Of a stretch of DNA of 64,000 nucleotides, positions 32,218-42,634 are shown one piece after another. The stretch lies in NCBI RefSeq assembly GCF_900541895.1, contig NZ_UWSI01000001.1; one strand, given 5' to 3'. A program made the translations under genes and the position numbers. Under the pieces are notes generated by a model. The model did not search any database and had not been told where the DNA came from. It saw only the letters and a list, made by a program, of their open reading frames with translations. The DNA is from an uncultured Actinomyces sp. Its GTDB lineage: Bacteria; Actinomycetota; Actinomycetes; Actinomycetales; Actinomycetaceae. Positions within the stretch are counted from its first letter, which is position 1. Each line of letters opens with the position of its first letter.

Positions 32218-33007
32218 CGTGCAGGATTTCCTCGTTCAGGGCGCTCCAATTGTCGTGGTGCCACGGCCCAAAAGGCTTTTCGCCAAGAAAAACCGCGCGT
32301 TCACCTGAAAGCGGATCAACCCACAGGAATGATCCAGCCTGCCCAAAGTGACCGAAAGTTGCCGCAGACGACTGGGGCGAAGTCCAGTGGGGATTCTTTT
32401 CTCCCTTAATTTCACACCCCAATCCCCACGGACAGGGACGATAGTTCCCATACCCGGGGACAATCCCAGTCAGTTCAGGGAAGTGAACACTCCGTGCACT
32501 GGACGCGAGCTCGCTTGATACCAGAGTCGGATGGGCAAGTTCGCGAGCAAACACCATCAGGTCAGCTGCATTCGCACGGCCCGAATAGGCCGGCGAACCT
32601 TCAATCTCTACGCTCGCCAGCCCCAAAGGCTCACTGACGCTTTCTTCAATCCAGCGAGAAATCGGGCTTCCCGTCGCTTCTTCAAGCATCTGTCCGGCAA
32701 CTTCAATTCCCGCATTTGAGTAGATTCGCCGCTCCCCTGGTGCACGTTGCAGGTGCGCCTCGTTCATCGCCATTCCCGAGGCATGCGAGAGCAGGTGCTC
32801 AAGCGTCACTCCCGGGAAGGGAGCGGGCGCATCCAAAGTAATGAGACCCCGAGAAATCGCAACCAGCGCGGACCACGCGGTGAAAAGTTTGGTGACCGAG
32901 GCCAGAGGGAAAACTTCCTGAGGATCCCCCCAGCTCAGCGAGCTACCGCCGTCACTTTCAGCACAAATCGCAGCCTGGAAGGGAATCGAGGAAAACTCTG
33001 GAGACAT
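32201..33007 (-). CDS. serine hydrolase of the beta-lactamase/penicillin-binding-protein-like family
   Basis: SVTK (SxxK) active-site motif near the N-terminus, with YSN and HFG-like downstream elements. Confidence 0.65.
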   Translation of the reverse strand: MSPEFSSIPFQAAICAESDGGSSLSWGDPQEVFPLASVTKLFTAWSALVAISRGLITLDAPAPFPGVTLEHLLSHASGMAMNEAHLQRAPGERRIYSNAGIEVAGQMLEEATGSPISRWIEESVSEPLGLASVEIEGSPAYSGRANAADLMVFARELAHPTLVSSELASSARSVHFPELTGIVPGYGNYRPCPWGLGCEIKGEKNPHWTSPQSSAATFGHFGQAGSFLWVDPLSGERAVFLGEKPFGPWHHDNWSALNEEILHAMRGQ

Positions 33008-33017
33008 CGCTCGTACG

Positions 33018-33806
33018 TCAGTTCTGAGCGCTGGAGTACTCCACCAGGAGCTGCTGGAAGGGCGCCGCTGCCTTACGTGGAATCATCGATCCAAGCGCGA
33101 GAAGCTGCTCAGCGCTATAACGCAATTCCCGAACCGCGAAGGCCAGGTACTTAATGATGAGTTCACGGCTATCAAGACGCTCGCCGTCCCAACCACCGAG
33201 GATCACCATTCCGTACCAGCGCTCGACAAGCCTGCGAGTATCCACCGGATTCTCGGGATCATAATCGGGCATCTCCTTGGCCAGTTTCTCAAGGAGCTGA
33301 AGCATCGCATCAACTCGATATGAGAAATGATCATGGGCCGGATGGCTCTCGTTTACAGACTCAACGGTAAAAACTCGATCCAGATCAGTCATGACCTGGT
33401 TGTCGGAGGCTGCAGCAAGGCGCAGGTGCGCAGCGATCCACTCATTCATCGTCGCAACTTTTGCGCCGCGTTCTTCAAGGATCGGATCGCCGGGAGTACC
33501 ATCTTCCATTTCGGCAGTCACAACCTCAACATCGAAAATACCGAAAGCCTCTTCGAAAGCTTCGATAACGTTCAGGACCAGAGCATCCTTCGTCGGGAAG
33601 TGATACATCACGGTCGGATGGGAAACGCCGATTTCTTCAGCAAGATCTCGCAGAGAAAAACCGTAGTAGCCGCGCATGGACAACAACTGCGTTGCCCCGC
33701 GAATAATCGTTGTCCGGGTGGAACGTCCAACGGAGTAGCTACCTCGCTTCTTACGGGCGGGACCCGCTTGCGAATTTTCGTCTTCGCTCACGGCTACCTC
33801 CTTCAT
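33018..33806 (-). CDS. TetR-family transcriptional regulator
   Basis: N-terminal HTH …RGATQLLSMRGYYGFSLRDLAEEIGVSHPTVMYHFPTKDAL. Confidence 0.85.
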   Translation of the reverse strand: MKEVAVSEDENSQAGPARKKRGSYSVGRSTRTTIIRGATQLLSMRGYYGFSLRDLAEEIGVSHPTVMYHFPTKDALVLNVIEAFEEAFGIFDVEVVTAEMEDGTPGDPILEERGAKVATMNEWIAAHLRLAAASDNQVMTDLDRVFTVESVNESHPAHDHFSYRVDAMLQLLEKLAKEMPDYDPENPVDTRRLVERWYGMVILGGWDGERLDSRELIIKYLAFAVRELRYSAEQLLALGSMIPRKAAAPFQQLLVEYSSAQN

Positions 33807-33859
33807 TCTTCAGTTCTGCTCTGTTGGGTGGGGATAACTCTTAAAGTCTAAGCGAAAAT

Positions 33860-33891
33860 GCGGGTGGTGCGAAATTATTCGCACCACCCGC
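33860..33891 (-). terminator. hairpin downstream of clpB
   Basis: GCGGGTGGTGCGAA-attatt-CGCACCACCCGC inverted repeat in the 100-bp clpB/TetR intergenic region. Confidence 0.45.
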
Positions 33892-33904
33892 AAGTCGCTA
33901 CCGA

Positions 33905-36523
33905 TCAGTGATTGGACACCTCAACGCGGAGTCCTTCAAGATCGTCGGTGACGTCGACGGTGACAGTATCGCCGTCTTCAACCTCGCCGCTCAGAAGCAG
34001 TTTGGCCAGTCGATCACCGATCTCACGCTGGATCAGTCGGCGTAGAGGACGCGCACCGTAGGCCGGATCATATCCTCGCCTGGTCAGCCAGCCTCGCGCA
34101 CCTTCGGTGACATTGAGGCTGATTCGGCGGTCCTTCAGGCGATCAGCCATAGATTCAACCAAGAGATCAACGATTCCAGACAGATCCTCGGGGCTGAGCG
34201 GATCAAAGATCACGGTCTCATCCAGACGGTTGATGAACTCAGGTTTGAAGGATGCGCGCACGGCGTTCATTACGCCTTCACGCTTTTCTTCTTCGCTGAG
34301 CGAAGGATCGGTCAGGAACATCGATCCCAAGTTTGAGGTCAGGATCAGGATTGTGTTCCTGAAGTCCACGGTACGTCCCTGGCCATCGGTCAAACGTCCA
34401 TCATCCAAGACCTGCAAGAGAATGTTGAAGATCTCGGGGTCTGCCTTTTCAACTTCGTCCAAGAGGACGACGCTGTAGGGGCGACGACGCACGGCCTCGG
34501 TCAGTTGACCGCCCTGTTCATAACCGACGTATCCCGGAGGGGCACCGACCAAACGGGCTACAGAGTGCTTCTCCGAGTACTCCGACATGTCGATTCGCAC
34601 CATGGCGCGTTCATCATCGAAGAGGAACTCTGCCAAGGACTTGGCAAGTTCGGTCTTACCAACGCCCGTGGGGCCAAGGAAGAGGAAGGAACCGGTGGGT
34701 CGATTCGGATCAGACAGGCCTGCACGCGAACGACGGACCGCATCGGAAACCGCGCGGACAGCATCCTTTTGACCAATCAGTCGATGAGCAATGAAGTCCT
34801 CCATATGGACGAGCTTCTCGCTTTCGGTCTGGAGCAGTTTACCCACGGGAATTCCGGTCCACGATTCGACAACCTCAGCGATCTCAGTCGGGCCGACCTT
34901 CTCAGCGATCATTGGCTCATTGGCCTCGTTCGCCTTTTCTTCAGCCTCAACCTTTTCTTCCTCTTCGCGAATCTGACGTTCAATCTGCGGAATATCGCCG
35001 TTCTGGAGACGTCCAGCTTCTTCGAATCGACCAGCGCGAATCGCCAGCTCCAACTGGGTACGCAACTCATCCAATTGGACGCGGAGCTCACCCACCCGGT
35101 TGTGGCCAGCCTTTTCGGCTTCCCAACGACTGGTGAGAGCGGAAAGCTCTTCGTTCTTGTTCGCGAGGTCTTCACGAAGCTTCTCGAGGCGCTCCGCAGT
35201 GGCCTCGTCTAGGCCGTCGGGGTCAGACTCGGTCAGGTAGGACTCCTCCATACGGAGACGCTCCACCTGGCGACGCAGAACGTCGATCTCCTCGGGCGAG
35301 GAGTCAAGTTCCATACGCAGGCGAGAGGCGGCCTCATCGATCAGGTCAATAGCCTTATCGGGAAGCTGACGCCCGGTGATGTAGCGATCGGACAGTTGGG
35401 CCGCTGCAACCAAAGCACCGTCAGAAATGGTGATCTTGTGGTGCGCTTCGTACTTCGGCGCGATACCGCGCAAGATCGCGACGGTGTCCTCAACCGAAGG
35501 CTCACCAACGAACACCTGTTGGAAACGACGCTCAAGAGCGGGGTCCTTTTCAATGTTCTCGCGGTACTCATCCAGGGTTGTTGCGCCAACCATACGCAGC
35601 TCACCACGGGCAAGCATGGGCTTGAGCATATTGCCCGCATCCATTGCCCCTTCAGCGCCGCCACCGGCACCGACGACCGTGTGAAGTTCATCGATAAAAG
35701 TGATGATCTCGCCGTCAGATCGTTCGATCTCGCCCAGAACAGCCTTGAGGCGTTCCTCGAATTCGCCACGATACTTCGCACCTGCAACCATCCCGGTCAG
35801 ATCAAGAGCGATCAGCTTCTTGTTCTTCAAAGATTCGGGGACGTCGCCTGCGACGATTCGCTGGGCGAGACCTTCGACGACAGCGGTCTTACCGACGCCT
35901 GGCTCACCGATGAGAACAGGGTTGTTCTTGGTTCGACGAGACAGCACCTGGATCACGCGGCGAATTTCGCTATCGCGACCAATCACGGGATCCAGCTTGC
36001 CCTGGCGCGCAACCTCGGTCAGGTCACGACCGTACTTCTTGAGGGCCTCAAAGGAACCTTCGGGATCGGCACTGGTGATAGGTTCGGGGCGAAGCTCATC
36101 TAGAGCCTTCTGCAAGCGATCTGCGGTTGCGCCGTTTTCACGCAGGATTTCGCCTGCGCTATCGTCATTTGCGGCCAACGCAATGAGCAGGTGCTCGGTA
36201 GAAACGTAGGCGTCTCCCTTAGCTTCTGCACGCTTGCGGGCATCGTTAATCACCTGGATCAGACCACGTGAAGTCTGCGGCTGTGCGACGCTCGATCCGC
36301 TCGTCGAAGGTAGCGCCACCAGCGCATTGCGCGTACGCGCACCGATTTGCTGCGGGTTTGCCCCAATTGCTTGAAGCAGAGAGTAGGCAATGCCCTCACC
36401 CTGTTCAAGAAGTGCTTCCAAGAGATGCAGGGAATCCACCTGCGGGTTCCCAGCGGCCTGTGCCGACTGGACCGCGCTACTCACTGCCTCTTGGGCTTTG
36501 CTTGTAAATTGTTCAGTCATCAT
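33905..36523 (-). CDS. clpB: ATP-dependent chaperone ClpB (Hsp100 disaggregase)
   Basis: 872 aa with an N-domain, two AAA+ modules (GEPGVGKT and GPTGVGKT Walker A) and a long coiled-coil middle domain. Confidence 0.95.
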   Translation of the reverse strand: MMTEQFTSKAQEAVSSAVQSAQAAGNPQVDSLHLLEALLEQGEGIAYSLLQAIGANPQQIGARTRNALVALPSTSGSSVAQPQTSRGLIQVINDARKRAEAKGDAYVSTEHLLIALAANDDSAGEILRENGATADRLQKALDELRPEPITSADPEGSFEALKKYGRDLTEVARQGKLDPVIGRDSEIRRVIQVLSRRTKNNPVLIGEPGVGKTAVVEGLAQRIVAGDVPESLKNKKLIALDLTGMVAGAKYRGEFEERLKAVLGEIERSDGEIITFIDELHTVVGAGGGAEGAMDAGNMLKPMLARGELRMVGATTLDEYRENIEKDPALERRFQQVFVGEPSVEDTVAILRGIAPKYEAHHKITISDGALVAAAQLSDRYITGRQLPDKAIDLIDEAASRLRMELDSSPEEIDVLRRQVERLRMEESYLTESDPDGLDEATAERLEKLREDLANKNEELSALTSRWEAEKAGHNRVGELRVQLDELRTQLELAIRAGRFEEAGRLQNGDIPQIERQIREEEEKVEAEEKANEANEPMIAEKVGPTEIAEVVESWTGIPVGKLLQTESEKLVHMEDFIAHRLIGQKDAVRAVSDAVRRSRAGLSDPNRPTGSFLFLGPTGVGKTELAKSLAEFLFDDERAMVRIDMSEYSEKHSVARLVGAPPGYVGYEQGGQLTEAVRRRPYSVVLLDEVEKADPEIFNILLQVLDDGRLTDGQGRTVDFRNTILILTSNLGSMFLTDPSLSEEEKREGVMNAVRASFKPEFINRLDETVIFDPLSPEDLSGIVDLLVESMADRLKDRRISLNVTEGARGWLTRRGYDPAYGARPLRRLIQREIGDRLAKLLLSGEVEDGDTVTVDVTDDLEGLRVEVSNH

Positions 36524-36582
36524 TCCTCCTGCCGCTCATTACGGGCGGCTTTTTTCGTTCTGACTTACACAACGTCAACAAA

Positions 36583-36603
36583 CTTGAGTCTATTCCACTC
36601 AAC
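36583..36603. promoter_or_regulatory. HAIR operator (HspR-associated inverted repeat) upstream of clpB
   Basis: CTTGAGT-ctattcc-ACTCAAC matches the CTTGAGT-N7-ACTCAAG consensus. It lies about 20-60 bp upstream of the clpB start in an AT-rich promoter region. Confidence 0.75.
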
Positions 36604-36715
36604 TTTATTTTTCTGCACGAATCAGCATTCGAAAACACATTTCACAGAAAAGAAAAAGAACGCCGAGCTGGACGCGCAACACGCCAGCTCAGCACTCACC
36701 AATATCAGAGCAGTT

Positions 36716-37516
36716 TTAGCGCGAACGACGCAGGTAAATCCCCAGACCAATCACGCTCAAACCCAGCATTCCCACAACGCTCGACCACGTCATCGCATCG
36801 GGAGCCTTTGACAGTGCGACGGACTCGCTAAAGCCTGTCATTCCGACCATTTTCAGACCATCAGGAGAGCACGCAAGCGTGTAGTCACCAGCTTGCAGTC
36901 CCGAAACGGTCCACTGGTTCAAGGTGGACTGCATTGGGTGCTCTCCCCCATCACTTCCACGAAGGAGGCACGAAGTTGCCTGTCCCGAGGTCACCTGAAC
37001 GACATAGCCGCCGCTGGAGTCCACACTCACGCTCTGGCCGCTGGAAACCTCACGAGCACTCGCCTGCATCGCAGAAAAATCCGCGCCAGACATCGCAATT
37101 CCAAAGAAAGTCGCAGGAGCAATAAGTACGGACATGACAATGCCCAACACGATCACACCAATTCCGCGACGACGTTTCTTCGCCGACTGACGAACCTGCG
37201 TAGGCACACCGATTTCTTCACCACGCATCGGCTGGGCTGGTGGCGCATAGCCGAGTTTCCCGCCAGAAGTGCGCAGTTTGATCCGTCCCTGTTCCCCTTC
37301 GCGAGGCAGCGTCCTTCCCGCCGGCGATGAGTCCCCTTCCCTCCCAGGTACAGCCTCGATCGACGAGGCCTGCCGGGGCTCGGGCGCCCGCGCCGAGGTG
37401 ACCTGGGGCTCGGCCTCGGAATAACGTTCAAAACGCGGGCCACGCGAGGGCAGGACCAGCTCACCATACTGATCCCAGGGCACATCCCGCCCTGATCGCG
37501 ATTCCTCAGCGCTCAT
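36716..37516 (-). CDS. hypothetical single-pass membrane protein (Pro/Gly/Arg-rich cytoplasmic N-terminus, extracytoplasmic C-terminal domain)
   Basis: 266-aa ORF that overlaps the gatD stop by about 10 nt, so it is probably co-transcribed with murT-gatD. No recognisable family. Confidence 0.4.
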   Translation of the reverse strand: MSAEESRSGRDVPWDQYGELVLPSRGPRFERYSEAEPQVTSARAPEPRQASSIEAVPGREGDSSPAGRTLPREGEQGRIKLRTSGGKLGYAPPAQPMRGEEIGVPTQVRQSAKKRRRGIGVIVLGIVMSVLIAPATFFGIAMSGADFSAMQASAREVSSGQSVSVDSSGGYVVQVTSGQATSCLLRGSDGGEHPMQSTLNQWTVSGLQAGDYTLACSPDGLKMVGMTGFSESVALSKAPDAMTWSSVVGMLGLSVIGLGIYLRRSR

Positions 37517-38312
37517 GCCGTTCCAAACGCTCGCGGAGCTCTGGGCGCGAAATGGTCGCAGCTAAACGTTCGTGACGAAGTTCCTCGACCCCGGGAACAT
37601 CAAGGGGGTCAAGTTTGTGTCCCAAAGCGCGCTCAAGCAAAAGGTCCGCAAGCTGAGGGTTACGCGCAAGAACCGGACCATGCAGGTAGGTCGCAATGAT
37701 TGACCCTTGAACAGCACCGTCGACACGCGGCGCTTTGAAGGCAGCATCATCGCCAGAAGCACTCTGTTCATCAAAGCCTTCGGGAGGAAGAATCGAGTTC
37801 CCCTTACCGAAAAGCACCTTTCCTAGAGGACGCGCATCAGGACCTAGCTGGCTTCCACCACCGTGGTTTTCAAACCCTGTCAGCGGCTCCGATAGTCCAT
37901 CGATCTCGGGCTGGACAACAAGTTCGCCGATTGAGCGCTTTCCCTGGGGACGAGTCGTCAGGTCCAAGAGCCCCAAGCCGTCCACCTTGCGATTACGCGC
38001 ATCTGTGTACCAGTGACCCAAGATTTGAAGTGAAGCGCAGATCGCCAGAAGAGGCCTGCCCGCTGCTACAGCATTCTTCAAACCGGGATCGGCGGTGAAA
38101 GTCTCAACCGCAAGTTCTTGGGCTGCGTCTTCACCACCACCAAGGGTGTAGATATCGAGATCATCGGGTATCACGTCACCAACGCCGACATACTGAATCT
38201 GGGCGTCAAAGCCACGCCGACGCGCGCGTTCCGCGAGCACCAGGGCATTGCCACCATCCGCGTAGGTCCCCAAGACTTCAGGGAGAAGAACACCAATTCG
38301 CAGTGCACTCAT
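37506..38312 (-). CDS. gatD: lipid II isoglutaminyl synthase, glutamine amidotransferase subunit GatD (CobB/CobQ-like GATase)
   Basis: MSALRIGVLLPEVLGTYADGGNALVL…, a type-1 GATase with a catalytic Cys in LAICASLQ and His near the C-terminus. It overlaps the murT stop. Confidence 0.8.
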   Translation of the reverse strand: MSALRIGVLLPEVLGTYADGGNALVLAERARRRGFDAQIQYVGVGDVIPDDLDIYTLGGGEDAAQELAVETFTADPGLKNAVAAGRPLLAICASLQILGHWYTDARNRKVDGLGLLDLTTRPQGKRSIGELVVQPEIDGLSEPLTGFENHGGGSQLGPDARPLGKVLFGKGNSILPPEGFDEQSASGDDAAFKAPRVDGAVQGSIIATYLHGPVLARNPQLADLLLERALGHKLDPLDVPGVEELRHERLAATISRPELRERLERHER

Positions 38313-39622
38313 TCTGCTTCCTCCGCTTGACGATGAGAATCCAAAACCCGCTTAAAATCACGCAAAGCCGTGTAGTTGAGAAGAATTTCAACCCTGCCCG
38401 GCACGCACGATTGCAGCGCATCCATTGGCAGCGGGAAAAGTTCACAGTGGACGCCCGCATATTCCAATCGAACTGCGAGGTCTGCACCGCGCTCACCACA
38501 GGCATAAACCTTGCGATGTGGAGCGCCAAGAACCGAAAAGTCCACATCCCACAGCCACGACAGGTCTTGCCCGTCAGCAACCTGGCCATTGATCGCGACA
38601 ATGACCTGATCGACACTGGGGTCAATCATGTACATGGCTTCCTGCCAGCCCGCGGGATTCTTTGCCAGCATGAGTCGCGCCAGTCGACCGTGGATTTCGT
38701 AGGTCGAATAGCGGCCTGCGACCTCAACGACCTCGGACATTGCGCGGCACGCGGCCTGCGGGTCAACGCCCATCGCGACGGCCGCAGCCAGCGCTTCGAG
38801 CGCATTGGACAAATTGGCACGACCGGGCAGAGAGAGCCGCAGAGGAATTCGCAAACCATCCTTACGGCAGGCAATGGCACTGGGGTGGGAAGGATCGGAA
38901 AGGTCCTCGTCTTCAAGCCACCACAGAGGATCGGGGCGACGATACTGGTCCAAACCCTCATCCGAAGAAGAGGCCGTCAAAGGAACGACCCGCCAGGAAT
39001 CATCGGCGTGGATGACGCGTCCGCCGCGTGGGAAGGCAGTCGAATCCCCCATCCATGCGTGTCCGGCAGCGACCCACTGAACATTGGGGCTATCCCAGGC
39101 AGCCGAAGCGACCAAGGGATCATCACAGTTCGCAATCACAACAGCATTGGGATGCTCATTGACCGCCTTTCGGAGACGACGTTCAACAGCTCCGATCTCA
39201 CCCACTCGATCCAGCTGATCTCGTGAAAGGTTCAGCAAAACCATGGCCTGCGGATCCACAAAACGCGACACCGTGGGCATGTGCATCTCATCAACTTCGA
39301 GCGCGGCAAGCGGGGCATCCGAACGCATGAGCGCGGTGGTGATTCCCGGGGTCATATTGTCTCCATTTGTATTGGAGGCAACATGGCCAATCGAAAAGAG
39401 CGCAGCGCGAAGCAGGCGGGTTGTTGTTGACTTTCCGTTGGTGCCAGAAACGACAACACTTCGGCGGTTCTTTGCCAATTCTGCGAGCAAATTCGGGTCA
39501 AGCTTCAGCGCTACTTTGCCACCGATCATTCCACCCGAACCGCGTCCGAGGCGGCGAGAGGCCCAACTGGCACCCTTCCCCGCTACAACGGCCACGCGCG
39601 AACGTAAAGTCAATGAAGTCAT
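38309..39622 (-). CDS. murT: lipid II isoglutaminyl synthase, Mur-ligase-like subunit MurT
   Basis: Mur-ligase central domain with P-loop GTNGKSTTT and a C-terminal DUF1727-like region, in conserved murT-gatD order. Confidence 0.85.
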   Translation of the reverse strand: MTSLTLRSRVAVVAGKGASWASRRLGRGSGGMIGGKVALKLDPNLLAELAKNRRSVVVSGTNGKSTTTRLLRAALFSIGHVASNTNGDNMTPGITTALMRSDAPLAALEVDEMHMPTVSRFVDPQAMVLLNLSRDQLDRVGEIGAVERRLRKAVNEHPNAVVIANCDDPLVASAAWDSPNVQWVAAGHAWMGDSTAFPRGGRVIHADDSWRVVPLTASSSDEGLDQYRRPDPLWWLEDEDLSDPSHPSAIACRKDGLRIPLRLSLPGRANLSNALEALAAAVAMGVDPQAACRAMSEVVEVAGRYSTYEIHGRLARLMLAKNPAGWQEAMYMIDPSVDQVIVAINGQVADGQDLSWLWDVDFSVLGAPHRKVYACGERGADLAVRLEYAGVHCELFPLPMDALQSCVPGRVEILLNYTALRDFKRVLDSHRQAEEAE

Positions 39623-39708
39623 GGAACCTACACTACATTGATTGCTTCATAGCTTCTCCACAGCTTGGGCATAATTCTCACAGATCAGCTGTGGGCAAAG
39701 TAAGTGTC

Positions 39709-40287
39709 ATGAACACGAACGCAGCACTCCAGTCGCAGGGGCAGGCCGCCACAACATTCGCTTCCACTCTCAGCGCGAAGCTTGTCGACTTGATCCGCAC
39801 CAATGTGCGCGTCCTGCGCTACCTGGCCTCGTCGCTGTCCTCAACCGCGCTGGACTACACAATGCTGCTCATCCTGAATGCAACCATCGGCGGAGTCTTC
39901 CTGCCGGTCGCACTGGCCAGGGTCTCCTCGTGTTCCTTGAACTTCGCTCTGAACCGGAAGGTTTTCAACGCTCGCGGTGGAATTGTTGCGACCGCAATCC
40001 GCTATGCGATTATGGCGGCAAGCGTAATGACCATGTCCTACCTGATGATCCAAGCTTTGGTATCAGCCGGAATGGCTCTGTGGATGGCCTCTTTAACCGC
40101 AAATACTTCGCTCTTCATCGTCAATTACCTGGGCCAGAACTTCTTTGTCTTCGGCACCTTAGCTGACCTTCACTCCTCAATTTCCGAGGCCGTGGCCGGG
40201 CTTCAGCGAACAGCAACGCGGGCCACTGGCATCCTTTCGTCGTTGCTTGCACGGATTACTCGACGGGACCTGGTCTTAGCTGCCTGA
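39709..40287 (+). CDS. GtrA-family membrane protein (polysaccharide-synthesis flippase-associated)
   Basis: 4-TM GtrA pattern (LRYLASSLSSTALDYTMLLILN…SCSLNFALNRKVFN…). The track ORF 39367..40287 extends upstream into murT (antisense). I place the real start at ATG 39709. Confidence 0.7.
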   Translation: MNTNAALQSQGQAATTFASTLSAKLVDLIRTNVRVLRYLASSLSSTALDYTMLLILNATIGGVFLPVALARVSSCSLNFALNRKVFNARGGIVATAIRYAIMAASVMTMSYLMIQALVSAGMALWMASLTANTSLFIVNYLGQNFFVFGTLADLHSSISEAVAGLQRTATRATGILSSLLARITRRDLVLAA

Positions 40288-40367
40288 ATATGGGGAGCAA
40301 AAAGGGGAGGCATTTTCATGCCTCCCCTCACTCACTCCACCTCAAGGACATCGCTCAAGGGGGTGTG

Positions 40368-40895
40368 TTATCGAGAAACCACAACGGTCCCTTCGATAAC
40401 CCGGACTCCTTCGGGCGATGCTTCAATAAGCGCGCGAACGCGCTGGTTACCAGCAGGTCGCCACGCTACGAGGCCTCGGTCTCTGACGGGTATCATGCCA
40501 CCGCGTCGAGATTCTTCAGCACGGCGTGCATGTGCACGTCGCATGGGACGAATCTGGCCATCTGGGCTTGCTACGAATACTCGATCAAAGACGGGTTCGA
40601 ATTCTTCAACCCGCTCAGCCAAGGCATCGCGTTGTTCTCGCAGGCGATCAACCTTATCCTCCAGCTCCATGATCCGCTGGATACCGGCCAAGTTGATTCC
40701 TTCATCTTGGCTAAGGCGCTGAATCTCCTTCAGGCGCTCGACATCGCGTCGGGTGTAACGCCGCCCGCGTCCCTTCGCACGAAGGGGTGTCACCAAGCCA
40801 ATCCGATCGTATTGACGCAAGGTTTGCGGATGCATTCCCGCCAGCTGTGCGGCAACGGAAATCACGAAAGTTACTTCATCCTGATGTCCCATCAC
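40368..40895 (-). CDS. hspR: heat-shock transcriptional repressor HspR (MerR family)
   Basis: N-terminal MerR HTH ([28 protein letters not shown]), last gene of the dnaK operon. Confidence 0.85.
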   Translation of the reverse strand: MMGHQDEVTFVISVAAQLAGMHPQTLRQYDRIGLVTPLRAKGRGRRYTRRDVERLKEIQRLSQDEGINLAGIQRIMELEDKVDRLREQRDALAERVEEFEPVFDRVFVASPDGQIRPMRRAHARRAEESRRGGMIPVRDRGLVAWRPAGNQRVRALIEASPEGVRVIEGTVVVSR

Positions 40896-41935
40896 GCACT
40901 CACCTTCTTTACAAGATCTGCGCGCGGATCACTCTGATCAAGAGAATCCGCCAGCGACTTGATCGAATCAAGCTGTTCAGGTGTGAGATCCTTGGGGACC
41001 ACCACACTGATGGTTGCCAAGAGATCGCCCGTTCCCTTCTTCGTGGCCACACCGCGCCCCTTCAGGCGCAGGGTTCGACCAGAATCAGAACCGGCGGGAA
41101 CCTTGACGGTGACGGTCGAACCATCGATCAAGGGAAGCTCAACCTTGGCACCCAGCGTTGCCTCGGCAAAGGTCACGGGTAGGGTCATGCGAAGGTCATT
41201 TCCTTCGCGGCTGTAGACCGGATCCTCCTCGACATGGATCGTGACGATCAGATCGCCAGCGCTCCCGCCATTGATCGAGGCCTTCCCCTTGCCGCGCAGG
41301 CGCACACTCTGTCCGTCCTTAATTCCCTTGGGAACCTTGACGGTCATAGGCTTACCGGAGACAGCCAACTTGATGTTGACTCCACTCAGGCTTTGCTTGA
41401 GCGTAATGCGTGTCGATGCGTGCAAGTCTTCGCCCTTTTGGGGGGCTTGCTGGTAAGGCGAACCGTGCGCTCCGCCAAAACCGCCGAATTGAGATGCGCC
41501 AGCGTAGGGAGAGGACCCGCGCGAAGAGCCGCCACCAAAACCGCCGAAAGCACCCAGGATGTCGTCCAGGTTGATACCTGCGCCGCCACCGCTGGTGGAG
41601 AAACGAACATTCCCGCCGTTTCCCCCACCGAAAGCTCCGAAGAGATCTTCGAAGTTCACGCCGGATGCTCCGCCACCGGCAGCGCCTCGGAAACCGCCGG
41701 CGCCCATCGAGCGAATCGCATCGTATTGCTGGCGCTGCTCAGGATTGGACAGGACCGTGTAGGCCTCACCAATTTCCTTAAAGCGTTCTTCAGCTTCGGG
41801 GTTCCCCTTGTTCTGGTCGGGGTGCCAGGTGCGCGCAAGTTTGCGGTAGGCCTTCTTGATTGTGGCCTCATCAGCATCCTTGCTTACGCCAAGGACCTTG
41901 TAGAAATCCTTTTGGAGCCAATCTTCTCCACTCAC
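40892..41935 (-). CDS. dnaJ: J-domain co-chaperone (DnaJ/CbpA type, without zinc-finger domain)
   Basis: J-domain [33 protein letters not shown] with HPD, G/F-rich region and C-terminal substrate-binding domains. No CxxCxGxG repeats. Confidence 0.85.
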   Translation of the reverse strand: MSGEDWLQKDFYKVLGVSKDADEATIKKAYRKLARTWHPDQNKGNPEAEERFKEIGEAYTVLSNPEQRQQYDAIRSMGAGGFRGAAGGGASGVNFEDLFGAFGGGNGGNVRFSTSGGGAGINLDDILGAFGGFGGGSSRGSSPYAGASQFGGFGGAHGSPYQQAPQKGEDLHASTRITLKQSLSGVNIKLAVSGKPMTVKVPKGIKDGQSVRLRGKGKASINGGSAGDLIVTIHVEEDPVYSREGNDLRMTLPVTFAEATLGAKVELPLIDGSTVTVKVPAGSDSGRTLRLKGRGVATKKGTGDLLATISVVVPKDLTPEQLDSIKSLADSLDQSDPRADLVKKVSA

Positions 41936-41980
41936 TGCGCGTCACCTCCTTTTTTGACTCTGCAGTTCGTTGAATGTTCC

Positions 41981-42634
41981 TTATTCAGGGTTGTACACCA
42001 GGACTTTCGCCGCGCGGATAATGGTCTCTCCGCGACGATATCCAGATTGCAAGACCTGTCCCAGGACCGGGTGGTCCACATCGGGATTGGGCTGAGCCAT
42101 CAGTGCTTCATGAAGCACGGGGTCGAAATCGTCCCCTTCGTCTCCGAAACGTTCCAGCTCGAAGCGCGTTCGAAGCGTGTCTTCCAGCTTGTTCGCGATC
42201 GAGGCAAAGGGACCATCATTGAGATCCCCGTGCTTGCGCGCGGCCTCGATATCATCCAAGACACCGATCATTGCTTCCAGCACCTGGTCGCGTCCGGACT
42301 GGACGTGGCCGGCAACGGATTCCTTGGAACGACGAACGAAGTTCGAGTATTCCTGGTTGAGGTTGTACAGGTCTGCGTGGGCGCGAGCGAGTTTTTCTTC
42401 AGCCTGCGCCACTTGGTCGAGAGCCTTGGACAGTTCACTGTCTTCCAGCTGCTCTTCGAAGTCCGACATATCGACTTCACCCATGTCCTCGCCCTGACTG
42501 TTTGCCGAGGCCGCAGTTGCGTGTGCAGCTGCGCCCTCTTGGGCATTGGGCTGGGCGTCGCCCGGGGTGGCCGGCTGAGAGCCGACCACCGGTTCCTGGG
42601 CGTCGTCGGAAGGATTCGTGGGCTCGGTGCTCAC
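41981..42634 (-). CDS. grpE: nucleotide exchange factor GrpE
   Basis: The GrpE coiled-coil plus beta-domain signature (…[11 protein letters not shown]…) lies between dnaK and dnaJ. Confidence 0.9.
   Translation of the reverse strand: MSTEPTNPSDDAQEPVVGSQPATPGDAQPNAQEGAAAHATAASANSQGEDMGEVDMSDFEEQLEDSELSKALDQVAQAEEKLARAHADLYNLNQEYSNFVRRSKESVAGHVQSGRDQVLEAMIGVLDDIEAARKHGDLNDGPFASIANKLEDTLRTRFELERFGDEGDDFDPVLHEALMAQPNPDVDHPVLGQVLQSGYRRGETIIRAAKVLVYNPE

Noticed and set aside
34505-36209. Several 170-235-aa plus-strand ORFs
   Set aside because: They overlap clpB on the opposite strand and are high-GC antisense artefacts.
39367-39708. N-terminal 114-aa extension of the GtrA ORF
   Set aside because: It overlaps the 3' end of murT on the other strand and has no GtrA homology. 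The real start is ATG 39709, which matches the paralogue length.
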